A DNA stretch of 60,035 nucleotides from Elusimicrobiota bacterium (GTDB taxonomy: Bacteria > Elusimicrobiota > UBA8919). The notes under the pieces were generated by a model. The model saw only the letters and a program-made list of their open reading frames with translations. It ran no database searches and was not told the DNA's origin. Below are positions 47,588 through 57,334 of this stretch, piece by piece; position 1 is the first letter of the stretch; each line of letters opens with the position of its first letter. The stretch covers positions 1-60,035 of the forward strand of contig JAZDKR010000010.1 in the NCBI GenBank assembly GCA_043802785.1, given 5' to 3'. Both the position numbers and the translations under genes were made by a program.

Positions 47588-49273
47588 TTACAATTCAATG
47601 AAACCCCAAGGGAGAACGGATGCCGATGAATCGGCAACTACAATCTCTTTTAAGTAGTTATCCGGATTTATGTTGCATTTTGAGAAAGCATCAAGCCATT
47701 TTTCGTAGGAAAATGACTCGTTCCAGTTGTCAAATTTACAACCGTTTTTATGTGCTGCTTCCAAAACAGAACATAGTTTTTCATCACCTCTGGCAAAAAC
47801 TGCTTCAATTGTGGACATTTCAGGTTTGTGTGATTTCACTTCGGCAGGAAGTTTCTTTTTCAGATAGAGTTTTTTTTCGTTAAAATATTCAAACCCAAAA
47901 AACTTTTCTCTCTCAAAAACGGTGTGCGGTTTCGGTACAAACGGGGAAATGGTAATGTTCAGATTTAGTTGCGGTGTCTGTTTTTTTATACTTCGGACAA
48001 GTGATACAATTCCCTCAATATCCTCATTGGTTTCCGTCGGTAACCCAAGCATAAAATAAAGTTTTATGAGTCGCCAACCAGATTTATGTGCATAATTTGT
48101 CGTCTCCAAAATTTCCGCATCCGTGATAAATTTCCCAATATGTTTTCTTAACCGCTCTGTCCCCGCCTCCGGTGCAAATGTTAAAGATGTTTTTTTGAAA
48201 ACACGGGTCTTTGCCGCTAAATCCACCGATGCCGGATTGCATCTCAAAGACGGAAGTGCCACCGCCACATTTTTTGGAATACAAATTTTTAGAACATCAT
48301 CCATCAACTCGTTTATTTCCGGATAGTCAGAAGTGGATAGCGAAAGAAGAGAAATTTCGTCATAGCCGGTTGAAGCAAGTCCTTTCTCAATAATCTCCAA
48401 AATTTTTTCTTTGCTTCTTATCCGACGAGGAGAATACAATTTTGATGCCTGACAAAAAAAACAGCCCCTTGAACAGCCGCGCATTATTTCCACATTCAGA
48501 CGATTCTGCACGGTGTTCAAAAACGGAACAATCGGCTTCATTGGATATTCTGCTGTCTCCAAATCAACAACATTTTTTTTGATGAATTTTTTACCGTCGT
48601 GCACCCCATTAGAAGTATCGTGGTCCGCCTGATGCGGACCACTTCTAACGGGGTAAAACGAAGGCACATACACCGACGGAATTTCCGAAAGTTTTGATAA
48701 CAGTTCCGTCTTGTCTGTAATCTGTAATCTGTAATTTGTAATTTTTGTAATTATATCTTCCCCATCACCGATAACAAATGCATCTATAAACTCTGACAAT
48801 GGCAGAGGATTGACGCAGGCAGGACCTCCAGCAATAATCAATGGGGACTGTCCCTTGCGGACTGTCCCCATTCTATCTTTTGTTTTTAAGGGTATTTTCG
48901 CCAAATCCAAAATGTTAAGAATGTTTGTATAGCACAACTCGTGCTGAATGTTAAAACCAATAATATCAAATTCGTTAAGCGGCGTTTTTGTCTCAATAGA
49001 AAAAAGCGGAAGATTATTTTTCCTTATCAGTTCCTCCATATCCTGCTCTGGCGAGAATGCTCTTTCACAGACGATATGCCCATTTTTATTTAGGATATTG
49101 TAAAGAATTTGCATTCCAAGATTGGACATTCCGATTTCATAAAGGTCTGGAAAAACAAGACAAAACCGTAAGTGATAAGTGGTAAGTGGTAAGTGGTAAG
49201 TGGTATTCCACTCCTCACCAATATACTGTGATTGTTTTTTTACAAATGGTAAGAATTTTTTTATTGTATCCAT
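47588..49273 (-). CDS. TIGR03960-family B12-binding radical SAM protein
   Basis: FPDLYEIGMSNLG, IAGGPACVNP, EIMRGCSRGCFFC (CxxxCxxC), FAPEAGTERLR and YFMLGLPTE motifs. Confidence 0.9.
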   Translation of the reverse strand: MDTIKKFLPFVKKQSQYIGEEWNTTYHLPLTTYHLRFCLVFPDLYEIGMSNLGMQILYNILNKNGHIVCERAFSPEQDMEELIRKNNLPLFSIETKTPLNEFDIIGFNIQHELCYTNILNILDLAKIPLKTKDRMGTVRKGQSPLIIAGGPACVNPLPLSEFIDAFVIGDGEDIITKITNYRLQITDKTELLSKLSEIPSVYVPSFYPVRSGPHQADHDTSNGVHDGKKFIKKNVVDLETAEYPMKPIVPFLNTVQNRLNVEIMRGCSRGCFFCQASKLYSPRRIRSKEKILEIIEKGLASTGYDEISLLSLSTSDYPEINELMDDVLKICIPKNVAVALPSLRCNPASVDLAAKTRVFKKTSLTFAPEAGTERLRKHIGKFITDAEILETTNYAHKSGWRLIKLYFMLGLPTETNEDIEGIVSLVRSIKKQTPQLNLNITISPFVPKPHTVFEREKFFGFEYFNEKKLYLKKKLPAEVKSHKPEMSTIEAVFARGDEKLCSVLEAAHKNGCKFDNWNESFSYEKWLDAFSKCNINPDNYLKEIVVADSSASVLPWGFIEL

Positions 49274-49384
49274 ATAAAATCAGGGAGTAGGGGATAGGGA
49301 GTAGAAAGTAGTAAATCAACGATTTTAGCGAATTTACATTCGCCGCTACTAATCCCCCTATCCCCTATCCCCTATCCCCTGCCT

Positions 49385-50698
49385 TTAATACGCATACCTT
49401 CTTATGTGAATGTTCATCAAAAGTCCGACGGCAATCATATTGGCAATTAAGGAACTGCCACCGTAAGAAAGAAACGGCAACGGCACCCCTGCAACAGGCA
49501 TTATCCCGGTAAGCATTCCGAGATTTAATATAATGTAATATGAAAACATAACAACAATTCCAACCGCTGTCAAACTTCCGAATCTATCGGCGGCATTTCT
49601 GGCTATTGATATGCCTCTGGCAATTAAAACAGCATACAACAAAATAACGATAAATGAAAAAACAAGACCGCCCTCCTCAGAAATAACCGCAAAAATATAG
49701 TCGGTATGCTGGTCGGGGATGAATCCCAACTGTGTCTGTGTCCCCTGAAAAATTCCTCTGCCTGAGAGTTGCCCGCTTCCTATCGCAATTCTTGATTGTA
49801 AAATGTTGTAACCGCTGCCTAATGGGTCCAAAGACGGGTCCAGAAAAACAATAAGTCGTTTTCTCTGGTAGTCCTTAAGATTTCCTGATATTGAAATCGC
49901 TGATATAAGTCCAAGAAGAACCACTAAAATCACAATTTTATATTTTTCAAACGTTATATTAAACCTTAAAAATTTTATGAAAAACCATGCAAAAAAGGTT
50001 ACCAGAAAAACCGTACAAACATAAATTATCTTGAAATTTTTTATTAGAAAACCATATGCATCATTTATCGTCAAATATATTTCTAAAAACGGAAGACACA
50101 CCGTTACTAAAAAAAATAAAACCACAAGATTTATTATTTTTTTCGGAATGCCGCCAACATACATCATACCAAAAAAAATAGGAACAAAAACTGATGCTGA
50201 TGAAAAATCCGGTTCAAGCAAAATTAAGACAATGCAACCTGATGTGACCATAAATGCAGCAAAAAGTTTTGATATTTTTTTCATCTGGTAGCGATTTTTT
50301 TCAATAAATTTGGCGAGGTATAATATGAACGCTATTTTTGCGATTTCAGACGGTTGAAATGCAAATTTGCCTAAATCAAACCATGATTTTGAACCACGGA
50401 TACGGCTTCCCGCAAGAAGAACTGCAACCAACAAGAGCAACGCAAAAAAATAAAAATATTTCGTGTATTCGGAATATAATTCATATCGGACACTTATAAC
50501 CAAAAGCATCGCGGCAATACCGATGCCAAAAGCGGTTGATTGTTTTGCAACATAAAACATAGAATTACCAGTTCGCATCTGTGCCGAAAATATAAAAAGC
50601 AATCCTATGAATGCGATGAAAAGCACATCTATAAAAAGAATCCAATCAAATTTTTTTAATAATAATTTCATTTTTTTTATTTTGCCACAGATTTTCAC
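49385..50698 (-). CDS. rodA: Rod shape-determining protein RodA (SEDS family)
   Basis: GSKSW...FQPSEIAK, EPDFSSA, YQRKRL, IPDQHTDYIF and PLPFLSYGGSS motifs; follows mrdA. Confidence 0.93.
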   Translation of the reverse strand: MKICGKIKKMKLLLKKFDWILFIDVLFIAFIGLLFIFSAQMRTGNSMFYVAKQSTAFGIGIAAMLLVISVRYELYSEYTKYFYFFALLLLVAVLLAGSRIRGSKSWFDLGKFAFQPSEIAKIAFILYLAKFIEKNRYQMKKISKLFAAFMVTSGCIVLILLEPDFSSASVFVPIFFGMMYVGGIPKKIINLVVLFFLVTVCLPFLEIYLTINDAYGFLIKNFKIIYVCTVFLVTFFAWFFIKFLRFNITFEKYKIVILVVLLGLISAISISGNLKDYQRKRLIVFLDPSLDPLGSGYNILQSRIAIGSGQLSGRGIFQGTQTQLGFIPDQHTDYIFAVISEEGGLVFSFIVILLYAVLIARGISIARNAADRFGSLTAVGIVVMFSYYIILNLGMLTGIMPVAGVPLPFLSYGGSSLIANMIAVGLLMNIHIRRYAY

Positions 50699-50838
50699 AA
50701 GATGTCATTCCTGCAAAAGCCCGCCTGAATGACGAAGTCGGGCAGGCAGGAATCTATGACAATTTATTCTTGGATTCCCGATAAAAACATTCTGGAATGA
50801 CAAATTAGTTAATGCGTTTGTATTTGTTTCGCGTCCCC

Positions 50839-52656
50839 TTATTCGCGTATATTCGCGTTGTTTGTATTCGCGTTAATTAGCGTTTCTTTACCAAAGATTT
50901 CCGCAAGTATTTTTCCGGCAATAGGGGCTGCTACATCACCGCCGCCGCCGCCATGTTCAACCATAACCACAAGTGTTATTTTTGGTTTTTCCGAGGGAGC
51001 AAAACAAACAAACCATGCGTGATCGGCGCCTTGCGGATTCTGTGCAGTACCAGTTTTCCCTGAAATAGATAAACCATCCACTTTTGCTTTTGTGCCTGTG
51101 CCATAGCGAACGACATCCATCATTCCTTTTTTTACAGCGCGGAAATTTTCAGATGAGATATCTAATTTTCTTTTTATTTTCGGTATATTTTCAAACTTAA
51201 CATCACCATGCGAATCAATTACTTTTTTAAGAATATAGGGCTTGAATACAATTCCATCGTTTGCAATAGCCGAAACAAACTGTGCTATTTGAATCGGTGT
51301 CGTCCAGCTATATCCCTGACCGACGGACATATTAACCGTGTCACCATCATACCAGTCCTGATGAAGTTTTGCTTTTTTCCATGCTCTATCTGGAATAAGT
51401 CCTTTTTCCTCCGACGGTAAATCAATGCCGGTTTTTTCTCCAAATCCGAATTTTTCAGCCCAGTCGTTTAATCTTGTAGGACCCAATTTCAAACCTATCT
51501 CGTAAAAATAAACATCGCAGGAATGTGCCAAGGCATCGACAAGCCGCATATCACCGTGACCTTCCCTCGCCCAACAGCGAAATCTCTGTTTATATTTTCC
51601 AAGTTCAATAAAACCTTTACAGTTTATAACGGTCTGCGCAGTAATAATGCCGCTTTCAAGCCCTGCAACAGCAGTAACCATTTTATAGACGGAACCCGGA
51701 GGATATTGCCCCTGCAAGGCACGATTCCATAACGGTTTTTTGTCTGACCTTAAAAGATACTGCGTTTGCCATTTTTGTAGTCCTGAAATAAATAAATTCG
51801 GGTCATAACTCGGATATGATGCAATCCCTAAAACTCCGCCCGTGTTTGGATCTAAAGCAACCGCCACACCTGTATGCCCCAGCATCTGATTTGAAAGAGC
51901 CATCTGAATTTTTTTGTCAATTGTAAGCACTATTGAATCGCCATCAATCGGTTCAACCGTTTCTAAAACTCTTTTCTGGACACCTCGGGCATTAACCTCT
52001 ACCTGGCTTCCGCCGTCACTACCTCTTAAAATCTCGTCGTAAACTCTTTCAATTCCGTTTTTGCCAATAACATCGCCTACTTTTAATTGAGGACATTCTG
52101 ACAATTCGTCAATGGATGCCTCACGAACATAACCGGTTACATTGGATGCTGATGAACCATACTTATAAACCCTCACTGGTTCAATTCTGACCACAACCCC
52201 CGGAAGTTGTGGAATTTTTTCGGCAAGCCGCATTGCCTGATATTTTGAAATGTTTTCTACAATTTTTATTAATGAGAAATTTTTACCTGTTATCGTTTTT
52301 GTTTTGGAAACCATTGCATCGTCAGGAATTGAGAGCAACCGTGCAACTTTTGTTATTACATTTTTTACCTCTTTATCATCCATTGTCTGACGGGAAAACA
52401 GAACCACATAAGAGGGTTTATTATCAACAACAACATCCATGTTTTTGTCAAAAATTTTACCGCGGGTAGCCGGCTGGGAATAAAGGACTATTCTGTTTTC
52501 ATCCGATATTTTTCTATACTGACAACCCTTTATCACTTGAAGTGAAATTAGTCGGAAAGAAATAATCCCCAACAAAAAAAATATGGATAATTGCAGAACA
52601 TTGAGTCGATCCGAAAACGACTCAGATGAATATCCTAATCTTTCACCTTGCCACAT
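50839..52656 (-). CDS. mrdA: Penicillin-binding protein 2
   Basis: PGSVYK (SxxK), HSCDVYFY and GKTGTAQ motifs. Start moved to ATG 52656, since the upstream in-frame codons are heptamer repeat. Confidence 0.94.
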   Translation of the reverse strand: MWQGERLGYSSESFSDRLNVLQLSIFFLLGIISFRLISLQVIKGCQYRKISDENRIVLYSQPATRGKIFDKNMDVVVDNKPSYVVLFSRQTMDDKEVKNVITKVARLLSIPDDAMVSKTKTITGKNFSLIKIVENISKYQAMRLAEKIPQLPGVVVRIEPVRVYKYGSSASNVTGYVREASIDELSECPQLKVGDVIGKNGIERVYDEILRGSDGGSQVEVNARGVQKRVLETVEPIDGDSIVLTIDKKIQMALSNQMLGHTGVAVALDPNTGGVLGIASYPSYDPNLFISGLQKWQTQYLLRSDKKPLWNRALQGQYPPGSVYKMVTAVAGLESGIITAQTVINCKGFIELGKYKQRFRCWAREGHGDMRLVDALAHSCDVYFYEIGLKLGPTRLNDWAEKFGFGEKTGIDLPSEEKGLIPDRAWKKAKLHQDWYDGDTVNMSVGQGYSWTTPIQIAQFVSAIANDGIVFKPYILKKVIDSHGDVKFENIPKIKRKLDISSENFRAVKKGMMDVVRYGTGTKAKVDGLSISGKTGTAQNPQGADHAWFVCFAPSEKPKITLVVMVEHGGGGGDVAAPIAGKILAEIFGKETLINANTNNANIRE

Positions 52657-52661
52657 AAAAT

Positions 52662-52749
52662 CAGGGGGTAGGGGATAGGGTTTAGTTAAAGTCAATGACT
52701 TTTCTACGCCCTATCCCCTATCCCCTATCCCCTATCCCCTATCCCCTAT
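52662..52749. repeat. GGGATAG / CCCCTAT convergent heptamer arrays
   Basis: CCCCTAT occurs about 5 times; the element ends 5 nt before the mrdA ATG. Confidence 0.8.
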
Positions 52750-52761
52750 TCACTGCCTCTC

Positions 52762-53238
52762 TCACCTGTCCACATTCAGACGGTTAAACCAAAAAAGCCA
52801 CCATTTCTTAAAAAACAAAAAAAAGACGGGTGTAAAAAATACGGGGATAATCAGCCATCCAAAAGAAAAAATTCCGGGAATGCCTGTAAAAAGAACCTCA
52901 ATTATTAAGTTAATAATTTTATAAACAACAACTCCAATAAAAACAATAGAAATTTGTGCAAACAAATTTTCTTCGTCAATCCGTTTCGGAATGCGACCTG
53001 CCAAATACCCTATAATTGAGTATGAAAAACTTAAGGTCCCGAAAGTCGTAACGGAAAAAACACCCTCAATAAGCCCAATAAAAAATCCCAGAGTGCAACC
53101 GGTATAAGAGCCCTTGTACAATCCAATAAAAATAATAAAAAACAGTCCAAATAGCGTTCCGCTATGCTGGATTGAAAACAGAGTTTCAAAAAAAATTATT
53201 ATAATAACAGAGGTAAAATAAAACAACAACTTTTTCAT
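52762..53238 (-). CDS. mreD: Rod shape-determining protein MreD
   Basis: Hydrophobic multi-TM ORF between mreC and mrdA with GFFIGLIEGVFS...FGTLSFSYSIIGYLAG. The upstream extension in the ORF track is a REP element. Confidence 0.85.
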   Translation of the reverse strand: MKKLLFYFTSVIIIIFFETLFSIQHSGTLFGLFFIIFIGLYKGSYTGCTLGFFIGLIEGVFSVTTFGTLSFSYSIIGYLAGRIPKRIDEENLFAQISIVFIGVVVYKIINLIIEVLFTGIPGIFSFGWLIIPVFFTPVFFLFFKKWWLFWFNRLNVDR

Positions 53239-53392
53239 AAAATTCACGAATAACACATCACGAATGTCATCACGAATGAGATTGCTTCCCCCCACTGCTT
53301 CGCTTTGCGAAGCAAGGCGGTGGGGGACACCTTGCAATTATTCGTGTCTTGTTCTGTGACTGTTCCGTGTCTTGCTCCACATCCATTCCATG

Positions 53393-54196
53393 TTATTCAA
53401 TAAATACATCCGTTAACTGAAATGCCGGTATATGCGGTTTTATGGACGCCTTTTTGAAAGGAAGATGACCCGTCTGGGTTATGGACACAATAATTCCGAT
53501 AGGAATGCCAGCCGGAAAAATATCTGATGCTGAAGATGTTACAACTTCATCGCCTATTTTTATTTCCGCATCAGCGGGGATCCAAATCATATCCAACTCG
53601 TTTGACTCTCGACCCATAACAATTCCGTCAACAGCAGCGGGTACAATACGGGCGGGCACTTTTGAAATACGGTTTGTAATGGTCAAAACTATAGAAACAT
53701 TTTTTTCAACATTTGTCAACTGTCCAACGACGCCGAATTTTCCTTTATAAAATCCGAAAACAGCCCTGTTATCCGATAAACCATCATCACTTCCCTTATC
53801 AATAATCAACGATTTATAATACTGCTGCGGCGGTTTGGCTATTATTCTGGCAATTACCGTATTACGTTTGATGTTTCTTTTGTAGCCCAAAAGTTCTGTT
53901 AGACGCTTGTTTTCAATTTCAAGTGTTTTCAATTTAACCAAATCATGCAGCAAATTCTGATTCTGGTTTTTAAGTTCCAAAACCTCCTGATGCGAGTTAA
54001 CTATTTCTTTTATATTACCACCGAGATTTCCAACGGACGAAACCACATAATTTACTTTTGAATAGGGTGTAACAACTATGTAAAATAAAAAATTCCTCAT
54101 CATTTTGACTGTGGGATTTAAGTTGAAACTCAAAATTATTATGGATACTATTAGATAAAGCGAAAGCAAAACAATGGGATTTTTCTTTATTTTCAT
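53393..54196 (-). CDS. mreC: Rod shape-determining protein MreC
   Basis: ENKRLTELL coiled coil, IIDKGSDDG and GDEVVTS...IFPAGIPIG motifs. Confidence 0.93.
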   Translation of the reverse strand: MKIKKNPIVLLSLYLIVSIIILSFNLNPTVKMMRNFLFYIVVTPYSKVNYVVSSVGNLGGNIKEIVNSHQEVLELKNQNQNLLHDLVKLKTLEIENKRLTELLGYKRNIKRNTVIARIIAKPPQQYYKSLIIDKGSDDGLSDNRAVFGFYKGKFGVVGQLTNVEKNVSIVLTITNRISKVPARIVPAAVDGIVMGRESNELDMIWIPADAEIKIGDEVVTSSASDIFPAGIPIGIIVSITQTGHLPFKKASIKPHIPAFQLTDVFIE

Positions 54197-55575
54197 TTTA
54201 ATATAACCGTTGTGATTTCTTTTGGATTAAAATACTTTTCGCAAGCGACTTTGATGTCGGAGATGGAAACTTTGTCTATATCTTCAAGATATTTTTGATC
54301 ATATTCGTAACCCTTTCCCATCGTTTCCCACCAACCGAGATACCAGCACTGTCTTTGGATTGTTCTGTGGTCTAAAAGATAAGTTCCTTTCAAGTACTCT
54401 TTTGCGTTTTTTAATTGGTCGTCGGTAATTTCAGATAACTTGATAATTTCATCAATAAATATTTTTTCCACCGTCACTACATTTTCTTTTGATGTCCCGG
54501 CATACAACACAAAATCACTTGTTTCTTTTCTTGAAGGGTAAAATGAATCGCCTTCATAGACCAATCCGCTTTTTTCGCGAAGCGCATCAAAAAGCCGTGA
54601 ACCCATTCCACCACCGAGCACACAATTGACCACTTTAACTGTAGCATATTCTTTTTGATTGATGTCTGGTGCCAAAAATCCAGAAAAAATATACGACTGC
54701 TGAAATTTGCCGGTATAAGTTTTTTTTGATGGTTTTGAAATTAGTTGGGCGACTGAAGTCGCCCCTACTTCAGTTGTTCCTATAATTTTTATATTGCCAA
54801 AATATTTTTCTACAAGTTTTTTTGCAGTTTCAAAACTAATATCACCCGCAACGCATAAAACCATATTATCCATCTTAAAATGTTTTCTGTAATTATCAGA
54901 AATCTGTGAAGCGGTAAAAGAGGAAACAGTTGCTTCATAACCTTCAATCGGCATGTGATAAGAATGATTTTTGAAAATCAGTTCGTTGAAATAATCATAA
55001 GCAACACTAAAAATATGGTCTGATTTCGACTTCATTGCAGCAATCGTTTTTGTTTTTTCTTTCTCAAATTCCTTTTCAGGAAATGTCGGGTTGTTCACAA
55101 CATCGGCAAAAATATCAAAAGCAGAAATGAAATTGTTAGCAGGTACTATCATTGAGACCTCTGAAAAATCGTTTGAACAGCCCGCCGAAATTGTTGCTCC
55201 GAGCATTTCTGTATCATTAGCAATTTTTTCGGAAGTTCTGCTGATCGTTCCCTTTGTCAATACTTGAAGCATATCATTTGTTATGCCTGCCTCTTTGTCG
55301 GTTTCAATAGCCGCCCCGCCTTTCACAAATAAAATACAACTTATAAGTCCGACTTTTTTTTCTTGATGAATAAGTGTAAAACCGTTGTCAAGCACGACCT
55401 TGCTTGTTTGAGCGTAAAGACAGGTAGCAGGGTAATAAGATAGCAGAAAGCAAGAAATACGGAAAATGAAACACCGTAGAAATGCAATAGAAATACATCG
55501 AAATACAATTGAATTTCTATGAATTTCCATTGTATTTCTATTGTATTTCCGTTTCATTTTTTTCCGTATCAGCAT
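54193..55575 (-). CDS. M16-family peptidase, non-catalytic-type subunit (start uncertain)
   Basis: Pitrilysin-fold motifs (LGGGMGSRLFDALREKSGLVY); no HxxEH motif. Confidence 0.85.
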   Translation of the reverse strand: MLIRKKMKRKYNRNTMEIHRNSIVFRCISIAFLRCFIFRISCFLLSYYPATCLYAQTSKVVLDNGFTLIHQEKKVGLISCILFVKGGAAIETDKEAGITNDMLQVLTKGTISRTSEKIANDTEMLGATISAGCSNDFSEVSMIVPANNFISAFDIFADVVNNPTFPEKEFEKEKTKTIAAMKSKSDHIFSVAYDYFNELIFKNHSYHMPIEGYEATVSSFTASQISDNYRKHFKMDNMVLCVAGDISFETAKKLVEKYFGNIKIIGTTEVGATSVAQLISKPSKKTYTGKFQQSYIFSGFLAPDINQKEYATVKVVNCVLGGGMGSRLFDALREKSGLVYEGDSFYPSRKETSDFVLYAGTSKENVVTVEKIFIDEIIKLSEITDDQLKNAKEYLKGTYLLDHRTIQRQCWYLGWWETMGKGYEYDQKYLEDIDKVSISDIKVACEKYFNPKEITTVILK

Positions 55576-55681
55576 ACAAGCATATCAACAATTTTGAGAT
55601 TGCTTCCCGAGTAGGTTCGCCTCTGGCGAAGGACTTCGTCCTCGCAATGACATTCAGTTTATTTGTAATTTGTAATTGTCT

Positions 55682-57028
55682 TCACGGTGTAATAACTACC
55701 GTTGGAATATTCGGAAAAATCAGGTATTTTGAAATCACATTTTTTATATCCTGTGGTTTTACTTTTTTTATATTTTTTATGTAACTTTCGGCGATTTTTC
55801 TGTTGCCCAGCACAGCATAAAATCCAAGTTCTTCCGCTTTGCCATCCGGTGTTTGTTCCTGCAAAAGTTTATCCCGTATAAGAAGCACCCTTGCTCTGTC
55901 AAGTTCTTCGTCGGTTACATTTTCACAAGTAAGTTGGCTAAGTTCAATTAAAACTTTATTTGATGCAGCGGATATATTTTCCGATGAACATTCCGCATAC
56001 ACATAAAATAACCCGGGTCCCTTGTGTGTGACAAATGAAGCAGAAATACCGTAGGCAATCTTGGTCTCTTCAACAAGTTTTTTATAAAGCCGTGATGCCC
56101 TGCCCGTTCCCATAACATATGAAGCAATATCAAGCGAATACTGGTCGCTACTTTTTATATTCGCCGCAGGAAAACCCATTATTATGTATGCTTGTGAAAT
56201 GTCTTTTTTGATTATTTTTTTTTGGGAAAGTTTATTTTCAGGTATTGAATTGTAAATAATTGTTCTATCTTTTTTTCTTTTTGTTTTTTTTAATCCCGCC
56301 AAGGCGGGGCTATTTTTCAGAAAACTGAACATTTCTTTTTTGTCAAAATTGCCGGAAACAACAATGAACATATTTTCGGGTATGTAAAATTTCCTGTGAA
56401 ATGATAAAAAATCATCCCGTTTTAATTTTGAAACTGTCTCCTCTGTTCCAATGACTCTTTGAGCATAGCGAAAAAAGTTACGATAGACATAACTATAAAA
56501 TTCATCAAAAAGTTGTGATTGCGGCTCGTCGTCCTTTCTTTTGATTTCTTCCAATATAATCTTTCGCTCTTTTTCAATTTCTTCTTCAGGAAATAGGGGG
56601 TTTAAAACGACATCGGTGAGAATTTCTGCGGCTTTAAGTGAATAACTGCTCGGTGCAATGGAATAAAAATATGTAAAGTCCTTTGAGGTTGCAGCGTTTA
56701 TAATTCCGCCAAATTTTTCTATTTCGGGGGCAATCTGTTTTTGGGTTTTTGTCGGTGTTCCCTTAAAAATAAGATGTTCTACGAAGTGAGAAATTCCAGA
56801 AATGTTTTTATCTTCATTCACTGCACCTGCAGAAATCCATATCTGGATTGCAGTGGTAGTTGCTGACGGGTCGGTGTCAAAAATAACTGATATGCCGTTT
56901 TCTAATTTTTTATTCTCGGTGGGATTCAAATTGGATATTAACAGGAGCGTCACGAAACAACCGCTGAGAAAAAACCTGAAAATGTTGATGAAGTTGATGA
57001 AGAAAATTGAAAAATCAATCTTATTCAC
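55682..57028 (-). CDS. M16-family zinc peptidase, catalytic subunit
   Basis: SHFVEHLIFKGT (HxxEH), INAATSKDFT and IEKERKIILEE motifs. Confidence 0.92.
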   Translation of the reverse strand: MNKIDFSIFFINFINIFRFFLSGCFVTLLLISNLNPTENKKLENGISVIFDTDPSATTTAIQIWISAGAVNEDKNISGISHFVEHLIFKGTPTKTQKQIAPEIEKFGGIINAATSKDFTYFYSIAPSSYSLKAAEILTDVVLNPLFPEEEIEKERKIILEEIKRKDDEPQSQLFDEFYSYVYRNFFRYAQRVIGTEETVSKLKRDDFLSFHRKFYIPENMFIVVSGNFDKKEMFSFLKNSPALAGLKKTKRKKDRTIIYNSIPENKLSQKKIIKKDISQAYIIMGFPAANIKSSDQYSLDIASYVMGTGRASRLYKKLVEETKIAYGISASFVTHKGPGLFYVYAECSSENISAASNKVLIELSQLTCENVTDEELDRARVLLIRDKLLQEQTPDGKAEELGFYAVLGNRKIAESYIKNIKKVKPQDIKNVISKYLIFPNIPTVVITP

Positions 57029-57101
57029 AATCTAAAGACCGCACTATTGCTTTGTGACAGAAGCTCCGATAGTACTTGTCATTGCGAGGTCGCTTGTGCA
57101 A

Positions 57102-57304
57102 CCGATTTAATCGGGCAACTACAAAACGGCTACAAAACGGCAAAGGCGCCCGATAAATCGGGCAACTACAAAACTACAAAACGGCAAAGGCGCCCGATAA
57201 ATCGGGCAACTACAAAACTACAAAACGGCAAAGGCGCCCGATAAATCGGGCAACTACAAAACGGCTACAAAACGGCAAAGGCGCCCGATAAATCGGGCAA
57301 CTAC
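57102..57304. repeat. Tandem array of 45-48-bp REP-like units
   Basis: Four copies of GGCAAAGGCGCCCGATAAATCGGGCAACTAC with CTACAAAAC(GG) linkers, plus a partial first unit. Confidence 0.88.
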
Positions 57305-57334
57305 TTAATCTCCCAATCTCTTAATCTCTGCTTT

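Noticed and set aside
53239-53337. N-terminal extension of MreD (likewise the extensions of gmhA, mrdA, pfkB and the aldolase)
   Set aside because: These are open frames running through intergenic repeats ahead of better-placed ATGs, so they were not counted as in-frame insertions.
57102-57304. Possible CRISPR array
   Set aside because: The linkers are near-identical rather than unique spacers, there are no cas genes in the window, and the unit is a REP-type hairpin found elsewhere.
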